Below, piece by piece: positions 37,791 to 51,139 of a stretch of DNA of 64,000 bases (position 1 is the first letter of the stretch; each line of letters starts with the position of its first letter). The notes below the pieces were generated by a model, which saw only the letters and a program-made list of their open reading frames with translations, did no database searches and had not been told where the DNA came from. Source of the stretch: Macrostomum lignano (Eukaryota); contig NIVC01002872.1 of NCBI GenBank assembly GCA_002269645.1, forward strand, positions 1 through 64,000, given 5' to 3'. The translations under genes were made by a program, and so were the position numbers.

Positions 37791-38519
37791 ATAAGAAAAT
37801 GCTATAATGGTACGAAATTGCACTAAGATGAACCCGCTATACTGCACACTACTGCAGTAGACAGTCGCGCGCATTCACGGGGTTGGGATCGCTTTGTAAT
37901 GGGCAAGGACAAGAAAGGTGAGGAGTGAAGAAAGACCTGAAGAGGTTGCACACAAATTTGCGGGCAAGGTAGACAGAGAAACAGAACATGCCCTAGCTAA
38001 CACGCACTATATAGATCGTCAAGGTTGTACCTCTCAGTCACGAAGCGCATGGATACTTGGCCACCCACCCAGCACCTACCCAGGCACCAGCTGCTGCTCA
38101 TGCGCTTCTTCTCACTCGCATCTCTGTGTACCAATCCGACACTAGCCTCCGGGTGTTTCCAGAGACGCATTAGATTCCCCCCTGTCCCTGTCCTCACTCT
38201 CTTCCCCTAACAGTACGAGTACTTATCAACAGAGTACAATGCGTTCAATTCAATAACTTCTACTGCCGTACAGGCAACTAATAAGGCATTCAGGCGTACA
38301 CGCGCCAAGGCTGGCGTACAGTTAGCCAAATTTGGCTAACCTTAACGGCCAGGAACTCAATGTTGCACTTTTCTAGTTACTAGCTATTTTTGTAAACGGG
38401 TCAAGCCACACAAATTGCTGCAAGAAATGAATAGAAATGGATGAATTCTAAGTACAACAAACGCTATCCATTAGAAGACTGCATTCAATTTGGTAATATA
38501 GCCGTACTAGTCATATAAT

Positions 38520-40660
38520 ACACTCAGTCCCTACAGTGTCTGAGTCCTATGCTGGCATTAACTCACTGCACTACCTGCGTCCTATGCTCACTCACTGCTT
38601 GTGTCCTTACTGGCATTCACTGCACTGTGTTCAATACTGGCAGTCACTGCACTGTGTTCAATACTGGCATTCACTGCACTCTGTGTCCTACACTGGCATT
38701 TACTCACTGCCTATACTGAAATTCACTCACTGTCTGTGTCCTACACTGGCATTCACTCACTTTATGTGTCCTACACTGGCATTCACTCACTGTCTGTGTC
38801 CTATACTGGCATTCACCCACTGTCTGTGTCCTATACTGGCATTCACTCACTGTCTGTGTCCTACACTGGCATTCACCCACTGTCTGTGTCCTACACTGGC
38901 ATTCACCCACTGTCTGTGTCCTACACTGGCATTCACTGCACTCTGTGTCCTACACTGGCATTCACTGCACTCTGTGTCCTACACTGGCATTTACTCACTG
39001 CCTATACTGAAATTTACTCACTGTCTGTGTCCTACACTGGCATTCACTCACTTTATGTGTCCTACACTGGCATTCACTCACTGTCTGTGTCCTATACTGG
39101 CATTCACTCACTGTCTGTGTCCTATACTGGCATTCACTCACTGTCTGTGTCCTACACTGGCATTCACTCACTGTCTGTGTCCCATACTGGCATTCACTCA
39201 CTGTCTGTGTCCTATACTGGCATTCACCCACTGTCTGTGTCCCATACTGGCATTCACTCACTGTCTGTGTCCTACACTGGCATTCACTCACTGTCTGTGT
39301 CCTATACTGGCATTCACCCACTGTCTGTGTCCTATACTGGCATTCACTCACTGTCTGTGTCCTACACTGGCATTCACCCACTGTCTGTGTCCTACACTGG
39401 CATTCACCCACTGTCTGTGTCCTACACTGGCATTCACTCACTGTCTGTGTCCTATACTGGCATTCACCCACTGTCTGTGTCCTACACTGGCATTCACCCA
39501 CTGTCTGTGTCCTACACTGGCATTCACTCACTGTCTGTGTCCTATACTGGCATTCACCCACTGTCTGTGTCCTACACTGGCATTCACCCACTGTATGTGT
39601 CCTACACTGGCATTTACTCACTGTCTGTGTCCCATACTGGCATTCACTCACTGTCTGTGTCCTATACTGGCATTCACCCACTGTCTGTGTCCTATACTGG
39701 CATTCACCCACTGTCTGTGTCCTACACTGGCATTCACTCACTGTCTGTGTCCTATACTGGCATTCACCCACTGTCTGTGTCCTATACTGGCATTCACCCA
39801 CTGTCTGTGTCCTACACTGGCATTCACTCACTGTCTGTGTCCTACACTGGTATTCACTCTCTGTCTGTGTCCTACACTGGCATTCACTCACTGTCTGTGT
39901 CCTACACTGGTATTCACTCACTGTCTGTGTCCTACACTGGCATTCACCCACTGTCTGTGTCCTATACTGGCATTCACTCACTGTGTGTCCCATACTGGCA
40001 TTCACTCACTGTCTGTGTCCTACACTGACATTCACTCACTGTCTGTGTCCTACACTGGCATTCACTCACTGTCTGTGTCCTACACTGGCATTAACCCACT
40101 GTCTGTGTCCTACACTGGCATTCACTCACTGTCTGTGTCCTACACTGACATTCACTCACTGTATGTGTCCTACACTGGCATTCACTCACTGTCTGTGTCC
40201 TATACTGGCATTCACTCACTGTCTGTGTCCTACACTGGTATTCACTCACTGTCTGTGTCCTATACTGGCATTCACTCACTGTCTGTGTCCTACACTGGTA
40301 TTCACTCTCTGTCTGTGTCCTACACTGGCATTCACTCACTGTCTGTGTCCTACACTGGTATTCACTCACTGTCTGTGTCCTACACTGGCATTCACTCACT
40401 GTCTGTGTCCTACACTGACATTCACTCACTGTCTGTGTCCTACACTGGCATTCACTCACTGTCTGTGTCCTACACTGACATTCACTCACTGTATGTGTCC
40501 TACACTGGCATTCACTCACTGTCTGTGTCCTACACTGGTATTCACTCACTGTCTGTGTCCTATACTGGCATTCACTCACTGTCTGTGTCCTACACTGGTA
40601 TTCACTCACTGTATGTGTCCTACACTGGCATTCACTCACTGTCTGTGTCCCATACTGGCA
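38520..40660. repeat. 30-bp minisatellite, 2.1 kb
   Basis: CACTGGCATTCACTCACTGTCTGTGTCCTA, about 70 copies; degenerate at the left end. Confidence 0.97.
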
Positions 40661-41402
40661 TAAGCCTGCATGAAAAAGGAATCAATGACAAGGTGGAACG
40701 AAAGATGAAAGTTTTAACAGCAAATACATTTTTGTGCTCAGTATTTTATTCTTATATATGACAAAGAAAAAACATAGACAGACATACATATGCATGTATA
40801 TATTGGCAGCCATTAACTTAGTGTAACTATAATATTGTCTACTCACAGTACGGGTATGCTTAGTTTATATATTTTCTCGGGCGCAACCAGACAACAAGAT
40901 CTCAGAGAGAAATAGGGATCAGCAATCGAGATAGCAACTATTGATGAGTAAAATCGCAAGGAACCCATTTTGGGGATCTATTTTAGAAAAAAGCGGTTTC
41001 AGAGGACGTACAAAAAGGAGCAGTTACAGTAGATACGCGCAATACATCAAGTATGAAAAAAAGCTCCCATTGTAGTAGACTGTGCAAAAAAATCTGTCTG
41101 CAGCGCTTTAACAATAGCTAATTAAAACAGACAATATAAGATGAATAGATATTAGTGTATATAGATAGATCAAAAAGCACATAGAATTTACATGCATGGC
41201 AGCACAATAAAGCGAACTTGGCACAATCAGACAGAGGACAAACAACAATTATGTAACACAACTATATTATCAATAGTTAGCTATAGAAAGCTATAATATT
41301 CTGAACAGCGTTAGGAAATCTTACAGAGGCTCCGTTTCTCTTCTAAATTCTAAAATCTAAATTCTAAAAACAGAAAATAACAAGCACAATACGCTACTTT
41401 AA

Positions 41403-41559
41403 CCATAAACATCTACTTACTACAAATATCTGTGTGCGCAGCATTGCTTTTGACAGCAGTTGACTTGGTCCTGCCCATAGACATAAACATAAACGGAACA
41501 AGGCAAGCAGGTTGGTGATTCTGCCATAGACATCGGTACAAAGAAGGATGAGAGCAGCA

Positions 41560-41611
<52 letters not shown>

Positions 41612-41636
41612 TGTCTGTCTGTCTGTCTGTCTATGG
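41403..41636. repeat. Dispersed repeat containing a (CT)n tract, copy 1
   Basis: CCATAAACATCTACTTACTACAAA...GAGAGCAGCAAC(CT)n is near-identical to 59268-59445; this copy ends (GTCT)nATGG. Confidence 0.85.
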
Positions 41637-41786
41637 CTATGGGCAAAGACCAAATCTACAGCTGCCAAATGGCAATGGCTTAATTATCAAATTGGCTGAC
41701 AAAAGCTTTTATTCTTTGACTACTGGTTTTTGTATGCTAAGTGACTTTTTTCTATCAATCTGAGACTGAATAGCAAGAATGCGTTA

Positions 41787-41913
41787 TAGTCTATGGCCAA
41801 CCCATATGTTTACATGTTTCTAATATGTTTCTCACTTAGCTTGAAAAAATTCCCACTTTGCTTGCTAGGCGTGCCGAAAATGCTAGGCTGAAGCCAGGGT
41901 TGGCCATAGACTA
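41787..41913. mobile_element. 127-bp mini inverted-repeat element
   Basis: Perfect 17-bp inverted repeat TAGTCTATGGCCAACCC / GGGTTGGCCATAGACTA; the outer TA could be a TSD. Confidence 0.6.
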
Positions 41914-42558
41914 CAACGAATTCCTGCTATTCAGTCTCAGATTGCTAGATTTGATATATTATTCAAGTACAGCAAATACAGCAAATTGTTGACAACAAGC
42001 AAACTTTAGGGGAAATTAATTATATTCTCAGTCCTTTAATTATTATGTTAAAATGCTTTCACACAAATAGCATTGAACACTGGGTAAAAATAAGATGGCA
42101 TAATATTGGCAAGAGAGAAACGATAGACAGAAACAGATCGATCTGTACAAAAACAGCGCCAAAAATATCTAACTTTGAAATATGGAAACAGAAAAGCGAC
42201 GAATCTAGTGGAAAATATAATAAATATGATGAATGGAAACCACTGCAATCGTGTCCACACAACAATAAAGGGCGGGCCAGACAAAAGTCAGAATAAAAAC
42301 TTTCTTAAAGAAAACTACACAGCTTTTATTTGAAAAGAAACGACTCCGTACAATTGACATGTAACAGACAAGCGCCGAGACAATTAAAGCTTATAGCTGA
42401 TGATTTGTATAGATAGGTGGGCAAATTCGGGTTTGATGCAGTACAGGTTTATGCATTCAACTCAATCTTTTTTACCGACAAGTTCATCTTTTTGGTCCAT
42501 TTTAAAGAATGATAATAGATTAATAACAAGCAATATGCTGCCACTACCGTCACCATGT

Positions 42559-45500
42559 TCAACGCTTTGGAGCAGGAGGCTGGGACCGTTCTTCAGCACA
42601 GGCTTGCTGAAGGATGCGAGGATTTTGGTGCGGCATCTGCTGCTGCTGTTGGTACTGCAGCGGCGGCGGCGGGGGCGGCGGCGGCGGCATCGGATTAGCA
42701 GCAGGAGCTGGCGCCGCCGACTGCATCGTCATGGATCCGGGGCGCATAGTTTTAAAGTACAACCGGCTGCGAAACTGGTCCGGGCACGAGTCCGAGCTGG
42801 TGCAATCGTCCTCCGGGCTGGAGCGTTCGGTAGGCGAAGCGGCGTGAATGCCCAGGCCGCGGGTGATCACTTCGGTGCAGTGTTTAAAACTAGGCGGCTC
42901 TAGACTGGACCAGGACTCCAGGCCCATCTTCAAGTTGACTGTGAAACCCTGGCGCAGCAGCAGTTTGCTAACGTACAGATCGCACTGTTCGGAATGCTCG
43001 CTAATGTCCAGCTTGGTCGAGCTGATCCGGTATAGGGCGCGAAGAGTGGCCCCGCGCAGGCCCTCGGTACGCGAGATGATGCCAATATCGTCTATAATGC
43101 TGTGATCGAGCAGGGCCAGCAGCTTCAGCATTGAAATCTCGCCCCGGTCCAGCTGCATATGATCAAACGATTGCAGCATGCCGCACAGGGTTGAGTAGAA
43201 ATCCTGCGGCACCTGGCAGGCGACGGCCTCATTCGGACCGATGGAGAAGTTGCTGGCAAACTGGACGAATCCGTTGTAGGGGATAGACCTGGCCAGGGTG
43301 TCCATGAGCAGGATGACGAACCAGTTCTTAGCTAGCAGAGAGATTCGGTCCTGCAGCAGCAGTGCGTCCAGGCACTTCAACGAATTGCTCCAGACGATAA
43401 CGGAGTTCAGGCCGCGAATAAACCAGTCGCGTATGGCGGCCGAAAAGGCAGCCGCACCGTCCGGTCCGCCCGGCCAGTGGCCAACGGTAAGCGGCCGCAT
43501 CATAGCGTCGTTGGCAACGGCCTCGCGAATAAAACTATCCAGCGGATTCATGGAAGCCAAGAATTTTTCTGAGCCGGCCGAGTTGTTGCACTGATGACGC
43601 AGGCGACGCTCTGCACCAATGTCGCCGTTGCTGACGTTCTGAGCAGCCTGCTGCTGCGGTGGCGGTACATCGGCACACGATGATGCGGCTGGGCCAGCTG
43701 TGGCCGGGTTGGCGGGTACACCGGCAGCCGCAATCTGTTCAACCAGCTGGTCGAATTGCTCGCGCGAAGTGCGCTTGCACTTTTTGCGACCGCCGCGAGT
43801 TCGGTCCATACGGACGTCTGCGATTGGCGGCAGAGAGAGGGGCGTTTGATCAGACTGAATATACAGTTTTTTAGGCTCAGTGGAAGCCGCTAACCCACAT
43901 CACAATTACACACTGTCACAATTACACAGTCACAATTACACAGTCACAATTACACAGTCACAATTACACACAGTCACAATTACACACAGTCACAATTACA
44001 GTTACAATTACACACAGTCACAATTACACACAGTCACAATTACACACAGTCACAATTACACACAGTCACAATTACAGTTACAGTTACACACAGTCACAAT
44101 TACACACAGTCACAATTACACACAGTCACAATTACACACAGTCACAAGCACACACAGTCACAATTACACACAGTCACAATTACACAGTCACAATTACACA
44201 CAGTCACAATTACACAGTCACAATTACACACAGTCACAATTACACACAGTCACAAGCATACACAGTCACAATTACACACAGTCACAATTACACACAGTCA
44301 CAAGCATACACAGTCACAATTACACACAGTCACAATTACACACAGTCACAAGCATACACAGTCACAATTACACACAGTCACAATTACACACAGTCACAAG
44401 CATACACAGTCACAATTACACACAGTCACAATTACACACAGTCACAAGCATACACAGTCACAATTACACACAGTCACAAGCATACACAGTCACAATTACA
44501 CACAGTCACAATTACACACAGTCACAAGCATACACAGTCACAATTACACACAGTCACAAGCATACACAGTCACAATTACACACAGTCACAATTACACACA
44601 GTCACAATTACACAGTCACAATTACACACAGTCACAAGCACACACAGTCACAATTACACACAGTCACAATTACACACAGTCACAATTACACAGTCACAAT
44701 TACACACAGTCACAATTACACAGTCACAATTACACACAGTCACAATTACACACAGTCACAAGCATACACAGTCACAATTACACACAGTCACAATTACACA
44801 CAGTCACAAGCATACACAGTCACAATTACACACAGTCACAATTACACACAGTCACAAGCATACACAGTCACAATTACACACAGTCACAAGCATACACAGT
44901 CACAATTACACACAGTCACAATTACACACAGTCACAAGCATACACAGTCACAATTACACACAGTCACAAGCATACACAGTCACAATTACACACAGTCACA
45001 ATTACACACAGTCACAAGCATACACAGTCACAATTACACACAGTCACAATTACACACAGTCACAATTACACACAGTCACAATTACAGTTACAGTTACACA
45101 CAGTCACAATTACACACAGTCACAATTACACACAGTCACAATTACACACAGTCACAATTACAGTTACAGTTACACACAGTCACAATTACACACAGTCACA
45201 ATTACACACAGTCACAATTACACACAGTCACAATTACACACAGTCACAAGCACACACTGTCACAGTTACACACAGTCACAAGCACACTGTCACAATTACA
45301 CACAGTCACAAGCACACATAGTCACAAGCACATAGTCACAAATATGCACAATCACAAGCACACGCAGTCACGAATACGCACCGTTAGAAGCACAAGCAGT
45401 CAAAAGCACGCACAGTCACAAGCACGCAGTCACAAGCACCGTTACAAGCACGCAAGTCAAAAGCGCGCAAATGATAGTGACCCATATTCTGGTATGCAAT

Positions 45501-48500
45501 CTTACTAACCAAGAAAACATTTTAGATACAGAAGAGTAACAAAATTTTGCATTCCATCAGCAAGAGTAAGCATTAAAAGGAGTATATACTAGACTGAGAA
45601 GGCTCAGTTAATATTGAGTAATGGCAAGTTATGACAAATATATGGCCAGTAGACAGCTGCAATATCTGCAATGCATTCATTACGCTCGTACTAACCCAGT
45701 AAAGAGACAAACGGGTGAAAGACGGACGGAGTCAGAAAGAAGACTTGACATTACCCTACTGACTATGTTGCAAGCTTTGAGAGCTTACTAAAAACCGTCT
45801 CGGTGCAAAGCTTCTTTAGCTCAGAGCCAGCTACAGCATATCCTAGATCGTAAGTGATTCCTGAGAAGCCGCAACCGCTTCTGTAAGGACTAATAAATCC
45901 ATCCAGCTTTGAGAAGACCATCAACAGCTTAAAGCTCAAACAGCTTTTAAAGCTAAATAATATTTTAAACGCATGAAGTCTTGCTGCTGACAAATGCATT
46001 ACGAGACGAAGGTGTGAAGCCTTACTAGAGTAGAAAGTTACTAGATTAAGAAATTATGCATTAAGAGAGAAATTCTGAAACATTGCTGCAGCTTAGGTAA
46101 GAATACCCCTCCCCCCAAGAGCTGGGGGACAACGGCTGCCTTCTGAAGGATCCTCCTGATGGGAGCAGGGAATGCCTTCTGAAGGATCCTCCTGATGGGA
46201 GCAGGGACTGCCTTCTGAAGGATCATCCTGATGGGAGCAGGGACTGCCTTCTGAAGGATCCTCCTGATGGGAGCAGGGACTGCCTTCTGAATGACCCTCA
46301 TGATGGGGGCAGTGCCTTCTGAATGATCCTCCTGATGGGAGCAGGGACTGCCTTCTGAATGACCCTCATGATGGGGGCAGTGTCTTCTGAATGATCCTCC
46401 TGATGGGAGCAGGGACAATAAAGAAGCCGAAAATAGCTGTTGGATTCATGGCACAAAGTATCGTCTGCGCCTTGCAGAAACAGTGACCAGTTTGGCTAAT
46501 AAAAAGCCAGAGCGCTAAAAGCCCGTCCGGCGAAAGGAAAGGCCAGACAGTCATTAAGAAAATTAACAGGCCATGCTAACGAGACTCAAGACTGCTCGGA
46601 ACCTAGGTAAAATAGCCTAGGTAACCTAGGCAGATAAGCGGAAGGATCATTATAGGCTAGCAGGTAAGTTGGCAATTAGCTGGCAATATTAATAAAACAT
46701 GGCTTGTTATTATTGCCAAAACCGGGATGACAGTCATAAGCTCATTAGGAGATCTATGAGGATTTCAGGATGACAGTCATAAGCTCATTAGGAGATCTAT
46801 GAGGATTTCAGGATGACAGTCATAAGCTCATTATGAGATCTATGAGGATTTCAGGATGACAGTCATAAGCTCATTGGGAGATCTATGAGGATTTCAGGAT
46901 GACAGTCATAAGCTCATTATGAGATCTCTGAGGATTTCAGGATGACAGTCATAAGCTCATTATGAGATCTATGAGGATTTCAGGATGACAGTCATAAGCT
47001 CATTGGGAGATCTATGAGGATTTCAGGATGACAGTCATAAGCTCATTATGAGATCTATGAGGATTTCAGGATGACAGTCATAAGCTCATTATGAGATCTA
47101 TGAGGATTTCAGGATGACAGTCATAAGCTCATTGGGAGATCTATGAGGATTTCAGGATGACAGTCATAAGCTCATTATGAGATCTATGAGGATTTCAGGA
47201 TGACAGTCATAAGCTCATTATGAGATCTATGAGGATTTCAGGATGACAGTCATAAGCTCATTATGAGATCAATGAGGATTTCAGGATGACAGTCATAAGC
47301 TCATTATGAGATCAATGAGGATTTCAGGATGACAGTCATAAGCTCATTATGAGATCAATGAGGATTTTAGGATGACAGTCATAAGCTCATTGGGAGATCT
47401 ATGAGGATTTCAGGATGACAGTCATAAGGTCATTATGAGATCAATGAGGATTTTAGGATGACAGTCATAAGCTCATTAGGAGATCTATGAGGATTTTTCA
47501 GGATGACAGTCATAAGCTCATTAGGAGATCTATGAGGATTTTTTCAGGATGACAGTCATAAGCTAATTATGAGATCTATGAGGATTTTAGGATGACGGTC
47601 ATAAGCTCATTAGGAGATCTCAGATGAGCTAAGGATAACAGTCATAAGCTCACGAGATCTATGGTGAGCTAAGGATGAGTCATATGTCAAGGGTCATTAG
47701 TTCATGATGGGGCCGTGAGCTGGATCAATAAGCTTAAGATCCGAGATGCCACAATGGCAATAAATGCGCAAACGCGACCCGGTCACTCACCCTGCGGCAG
47801 CATTCCATTCACAAGGCACTTCTGAAATCGGCAGTACTGGCAGGACTTGCGCATAGATTTGCTCACGGAGCAGTCGAAATTTCCCGAACAGGTGTACTCG
47901 TGCTTGTCTGCAGCAAAGCAGGAAAGAAGGAGAGGAGATCAAAGTCTTAGTAAGGCTCTGGGGTTAAGTCGCAACTGTGTACTTTAGGAGAAATTTCAGC
48001 GGGCTGATCAGAGGCTTAACATTAACAAGCGCGTCATGAACTCAAGGTGAAATGACGAACAGGTAAGCAGAGAGCTGAGATTAATGCTAGGGATTGCGTG
48101 CTCAGTGTCGAATTCTCGATTTTTTTTTTGTTCTAGGAATAAATCCTGCAACACTGTATAAAATAATGAGACTTCAGGGACTGAATTACATGATTCTGTT
48201 ACTGAAATTGAAAAGTAGAAAAATGCTACGAAAAAAATAATTCGAATTGCAAGCACGCTAGCGACACTCAAACCGCGATGTACAGAGGTGTCAAGATGGC
48301 ATCCTGCTGTGCACTTTGATAGACCCGGATGTCATGATAGCATCCTGCTATGCACTTTGATAGACCCGGATGTCATGATAGCATCCTGCTATGCACTTTG
48401 ATAGACCCGGATGTCAAGATGGCATTCTGCTATGCACTTTGATAGACCCGGATGTCATGATAGCATCCTGCTATGCACTTTGATAGACCCGGATGTCATG

Positions 48501-49331
48501 ATAGCATCCTGCTATGCACTTTGATAGACCCGGATGTCAAGATGGCATTCTGCTATGCACTTTGATAGACCCGGATGTCATGATAGCATCCTGCTATGCA
48601 TTTTGATAGACCCGGATGTCATGATAGCATCCTGCTATGCACTTTGATAGACCCGGATGTCATGATAGCATCCTGATATGCACTTTGATAGACCCGGATG
48701 TCAAGATGGCCTACTGATATGTACTTTGATAGGGGGAGCGTAGCCCAGTGGTGGTCTAGAGCGGCGCTCTGATGTGCCAGCGGCCCAGGCTCGATTCCAA
48801 GTTAGGGCCGCTGTACACTCGTGTGCACCTGAGCCTCTGACTGCGTACGTATCCGCGCGCTGGTGTGCCTGCTCAGGTCAGGGGTGTGGGCGGAATGGGC
48901 AGCAATGCCTCTCACCTGTTGTGCGACAATGTCGCTTAAAGTGCACTATGGTGCACGCAGTCCCTGCCTTGAATAATATATTGTACTTTAATAGACCGAA
49001 TGTCGAAATGGCACCCCGACTCACCCTGAACAGTCCGCTTAAAGAAGCTCTTGCAGGCCTCGCAGGTGAGCGCCGAGTAATGAAAACCGGAGGCGTAGTC
49101 TCCGCACACGACGCAAATCTGATTCTCCGACATGATGCCCAAGTCTGCTGACGGCTCTTTCAGCTTCGCCTTTTTGCGGCCGGCGCCGGCAGCCGGATTC
49201 GACGAGCCTCGGCCGCGACTGACGTCAGCGTCGGCGCCTCCGAGATTTGCGCCGCTGAAGCTGTCGTCATTATCGTATTCTTCCGGGGCGTCGGCCGCTT
49301 CGTGTTTAACACTAATTAACTGGTAGTCCAT
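42559..49331 (-). CDS. Nuclear hormone receptor, ERR/NR3-like, 3 exons, 560 aa
   Basis: Exons 49331-49025, 47907-47791 and 43817-42559, both introns phase 1. DBD: [30 protein letters not shown] / [27 protein letters not shown]. Extension [16 protein letters not shown]-like segment [32 protein letters not shown]...SIPYNG. Confidence 0.9.
43893..45430. repeat. 16/18-bp minisatellite, nuclear receptor intron 2
   Basis: CACAGTCACAATTACA(CA) units; degenerate at the right end. Confidence 0.95.
46135..46415. repeat. ~36-bp minisatellite, nuclear receptor intron 2
   Basis: CTCCTGATGGGAGCAGGGACTGCCTTCTGAAGGATC-type units. Confidence 0.9.
46727..47650. repeat. 43-bp minisatellite, nuclear receptor intron 2
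   Basis: CAGGATGACAGTCATAAGCTCATTATGAGATCTATGAGGATTT, about 21 copies. Confidence 0.95.
48292..48731. repeat. 41-bp minisatellite, nuclear receptor intron 1
   Basis: GATAGACCCGGATGTCATGATAGCATCCTGCTATGCACTTT, about 10 copies. Confidence 0.95.
48733..48910 (+). mobile_element. Degenerate tRNA-like head, probable SINE
   Basis: A box TAGCCCAGTGG (48741-48751), B-box-like GGCTCGATTCC (48788-48798); the cloverleaf is poor. Confidence 0.45.
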
Positions 49332-51139
49332 AATTGCTACAGCTGCAGTGCAAGCATTCGCTAATTTGACTGGGCTGAAATTATTTTATTTTGATAAGGA
49401 AAACACCTTAAGAGACTTGAATAATTTGCCTTGCGCTTTGAAAAATAAATTAGCCAAGTTGATTATTATAATTAATGCAGCAGAAACAGCAGATGGGGCT
49501 TCATAATGATGTGTAGAGGCACGCGTGCCATGTTAAGTCAAAAAAATCACTCGATCGAATAAACCATAATCAAAGACCTGGCAATTCAAGCGGAGCCCAT
49601 TATTCTGTACCGACAGGAAACAGAGGAACCCCATCGTCAAGCTTAGATGGATTTTCATATTTTCCTTTTCTCACTAGGGAAATGCAAAGCAAAGAAAGGG
49701 AGACTAGATTCCCATTTCTTATTAAGTGAGCTTTGAATTCATTTGAGAATGCTTAGCAGCGCCCTAGCAACAGCCTAAAGGATGAGCGTAAAGACAAAAA
49801 GCCCCTATCCTACTTGTGATTAAGCAATAGACGGGTGGATGGGCGGAGAGCAACATGGAAAAGTGATTAAAAAAGCCCCCATGGAAGGATGCTGCGGGGC
49901 AGGCGCTGATGAAGAAGGATCTTCATCATTATCGTCATTATCTGCATTCAAGCCTAAAACAGGAAATTTGAGCACTAGTTGGGGAAGAAAATCGCTAAGG
50001 GAAAACGAAAAGGGGTAGAGACTCGGAATGGCCAAATATAGGGGCTTTACAAAAAATTAGAAAGATTGACGGAAAGAGGATTAGATTTTTAAATCTCCTA
50101 TCCGCCAGGCAAATGTCTATCGCGCGTATTGCTCTTTGATCAGGGAGGCGAACAAAGGGATGCATGGAGTAGCATAGCTTCATTTCCGATACAGGCAATA
50201 TTTTGGCAAGCGGGAACAGAAAACAGGGACTGGTGACCTTTTTATTCATTGTAATCATAACGTGATAATACTTGCAAGTGTTTTGGGCACCCTGGCGAAA
50301 CGTTTTCAGCGACATCGTCCGACATTCCATCGACTCTTAGGCACATACAAGCGCGCTGATCAGACCATCCCGCACGCACATAAAAGGCCAACCGCCCCAG
50401 CACCCCGCACCCCCCACACGCCGGCACAAAAAACAGCCCGCGCAAGCACGCACAAAGGCGACCGTCCTGTCAGCTAAACATGATTACAGCGCCAGTACCC
50501 CAGCACTGAAATCACCAACTTATATCAATTTGACTTTTTAATTCCTGGGGCGTGTTGCCATCCGTGTCTTGCCGTGTATCCAGTTTATATATTACCTCTT
50601 AACAAAGTGTCTATGGACAAACCTGTGTGTTCCTAACCGATTTACTCGAAAAGAAAACCCAGTGCTAAGAGGACCTGTGCTGGACCTTTCATACGCAGAA
50701 GAATACCTAAATGAAACGCCTTTTCAAATAAAAAATGATTGCTGAAGCCGGGAGTGAAGACACAGAGGAAGAAAAGCAAGACGAACTGACTGCTTGAAGA
50801 GGAAGGCGAAGACTGGACAGAGTATGATGAGGAGGCTGAAGAAGATGAAAATCCACAAAGTGCAGAGGTTCAACAGCACATAGACTTTGCTCTTACTGGA
50901 TTGAAGCGGTTCTGTTTAATATGAAAGGGGGTTTGTTTTAATTTAGCAACATAGTCTATGTTGCATTTTTCTTGCAGAAATTCAATTAAGACAAACACCT
51001 TCACGTCTGCATCACTGTCTGAATGTAATACATTCGAAAGTAAAAAGGTGTAATACAAGCTGTCAGCTGTTTAAAACTTGACAAATCAATTATTATGGGT
51101 GACCACTACCTACCTAGTACACTTAATATACCTTTTCAA

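Noticed and set aside
37899-38340. Possible small plus-strand gene (ATG GGC AAG GAC AAG AAA G|GT, acceptors at 38072, 38083 and ~38213) and a minus-strand LVHRD kinase-like word
   Set aside because: No exon combination gave a coherent frame or recognisable protein, and the rest of the kinase catalytic loop is absent.
38536-40761. 741-aa and overlapping Cys/His-rich ORFs (CLCPTLAFTH repeats) on both strands
   Set aside because: They arise from a 30-bp minisatellite that is stop-free in several frames; there is no unique domain or splice support.
16342-45508. Other long repetitive ORFs (16342, 21148-21746, 23064, 24154, 27841-28358, 35172-36406, 37449, 43880)
   Set aside because: Each coincides with a tandem array, mostly intronic. 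Only the short non-repeat ends that match SERT exons are real.
34202-48731. 28-43 bp tandem arrays resembling CRISPR repeat lengths
   Set aside because: Units are head-to-tail with no unique spacers, there are no cas genes, and the context is eukaryotic.
50740-50930. Acidic coding-like stretch (EEEGEDWTEYDEEAEEDE)
   Set aside because: It is short, interrupted by stops and has no splice support; possibly a transposon remnant, but unassignable.
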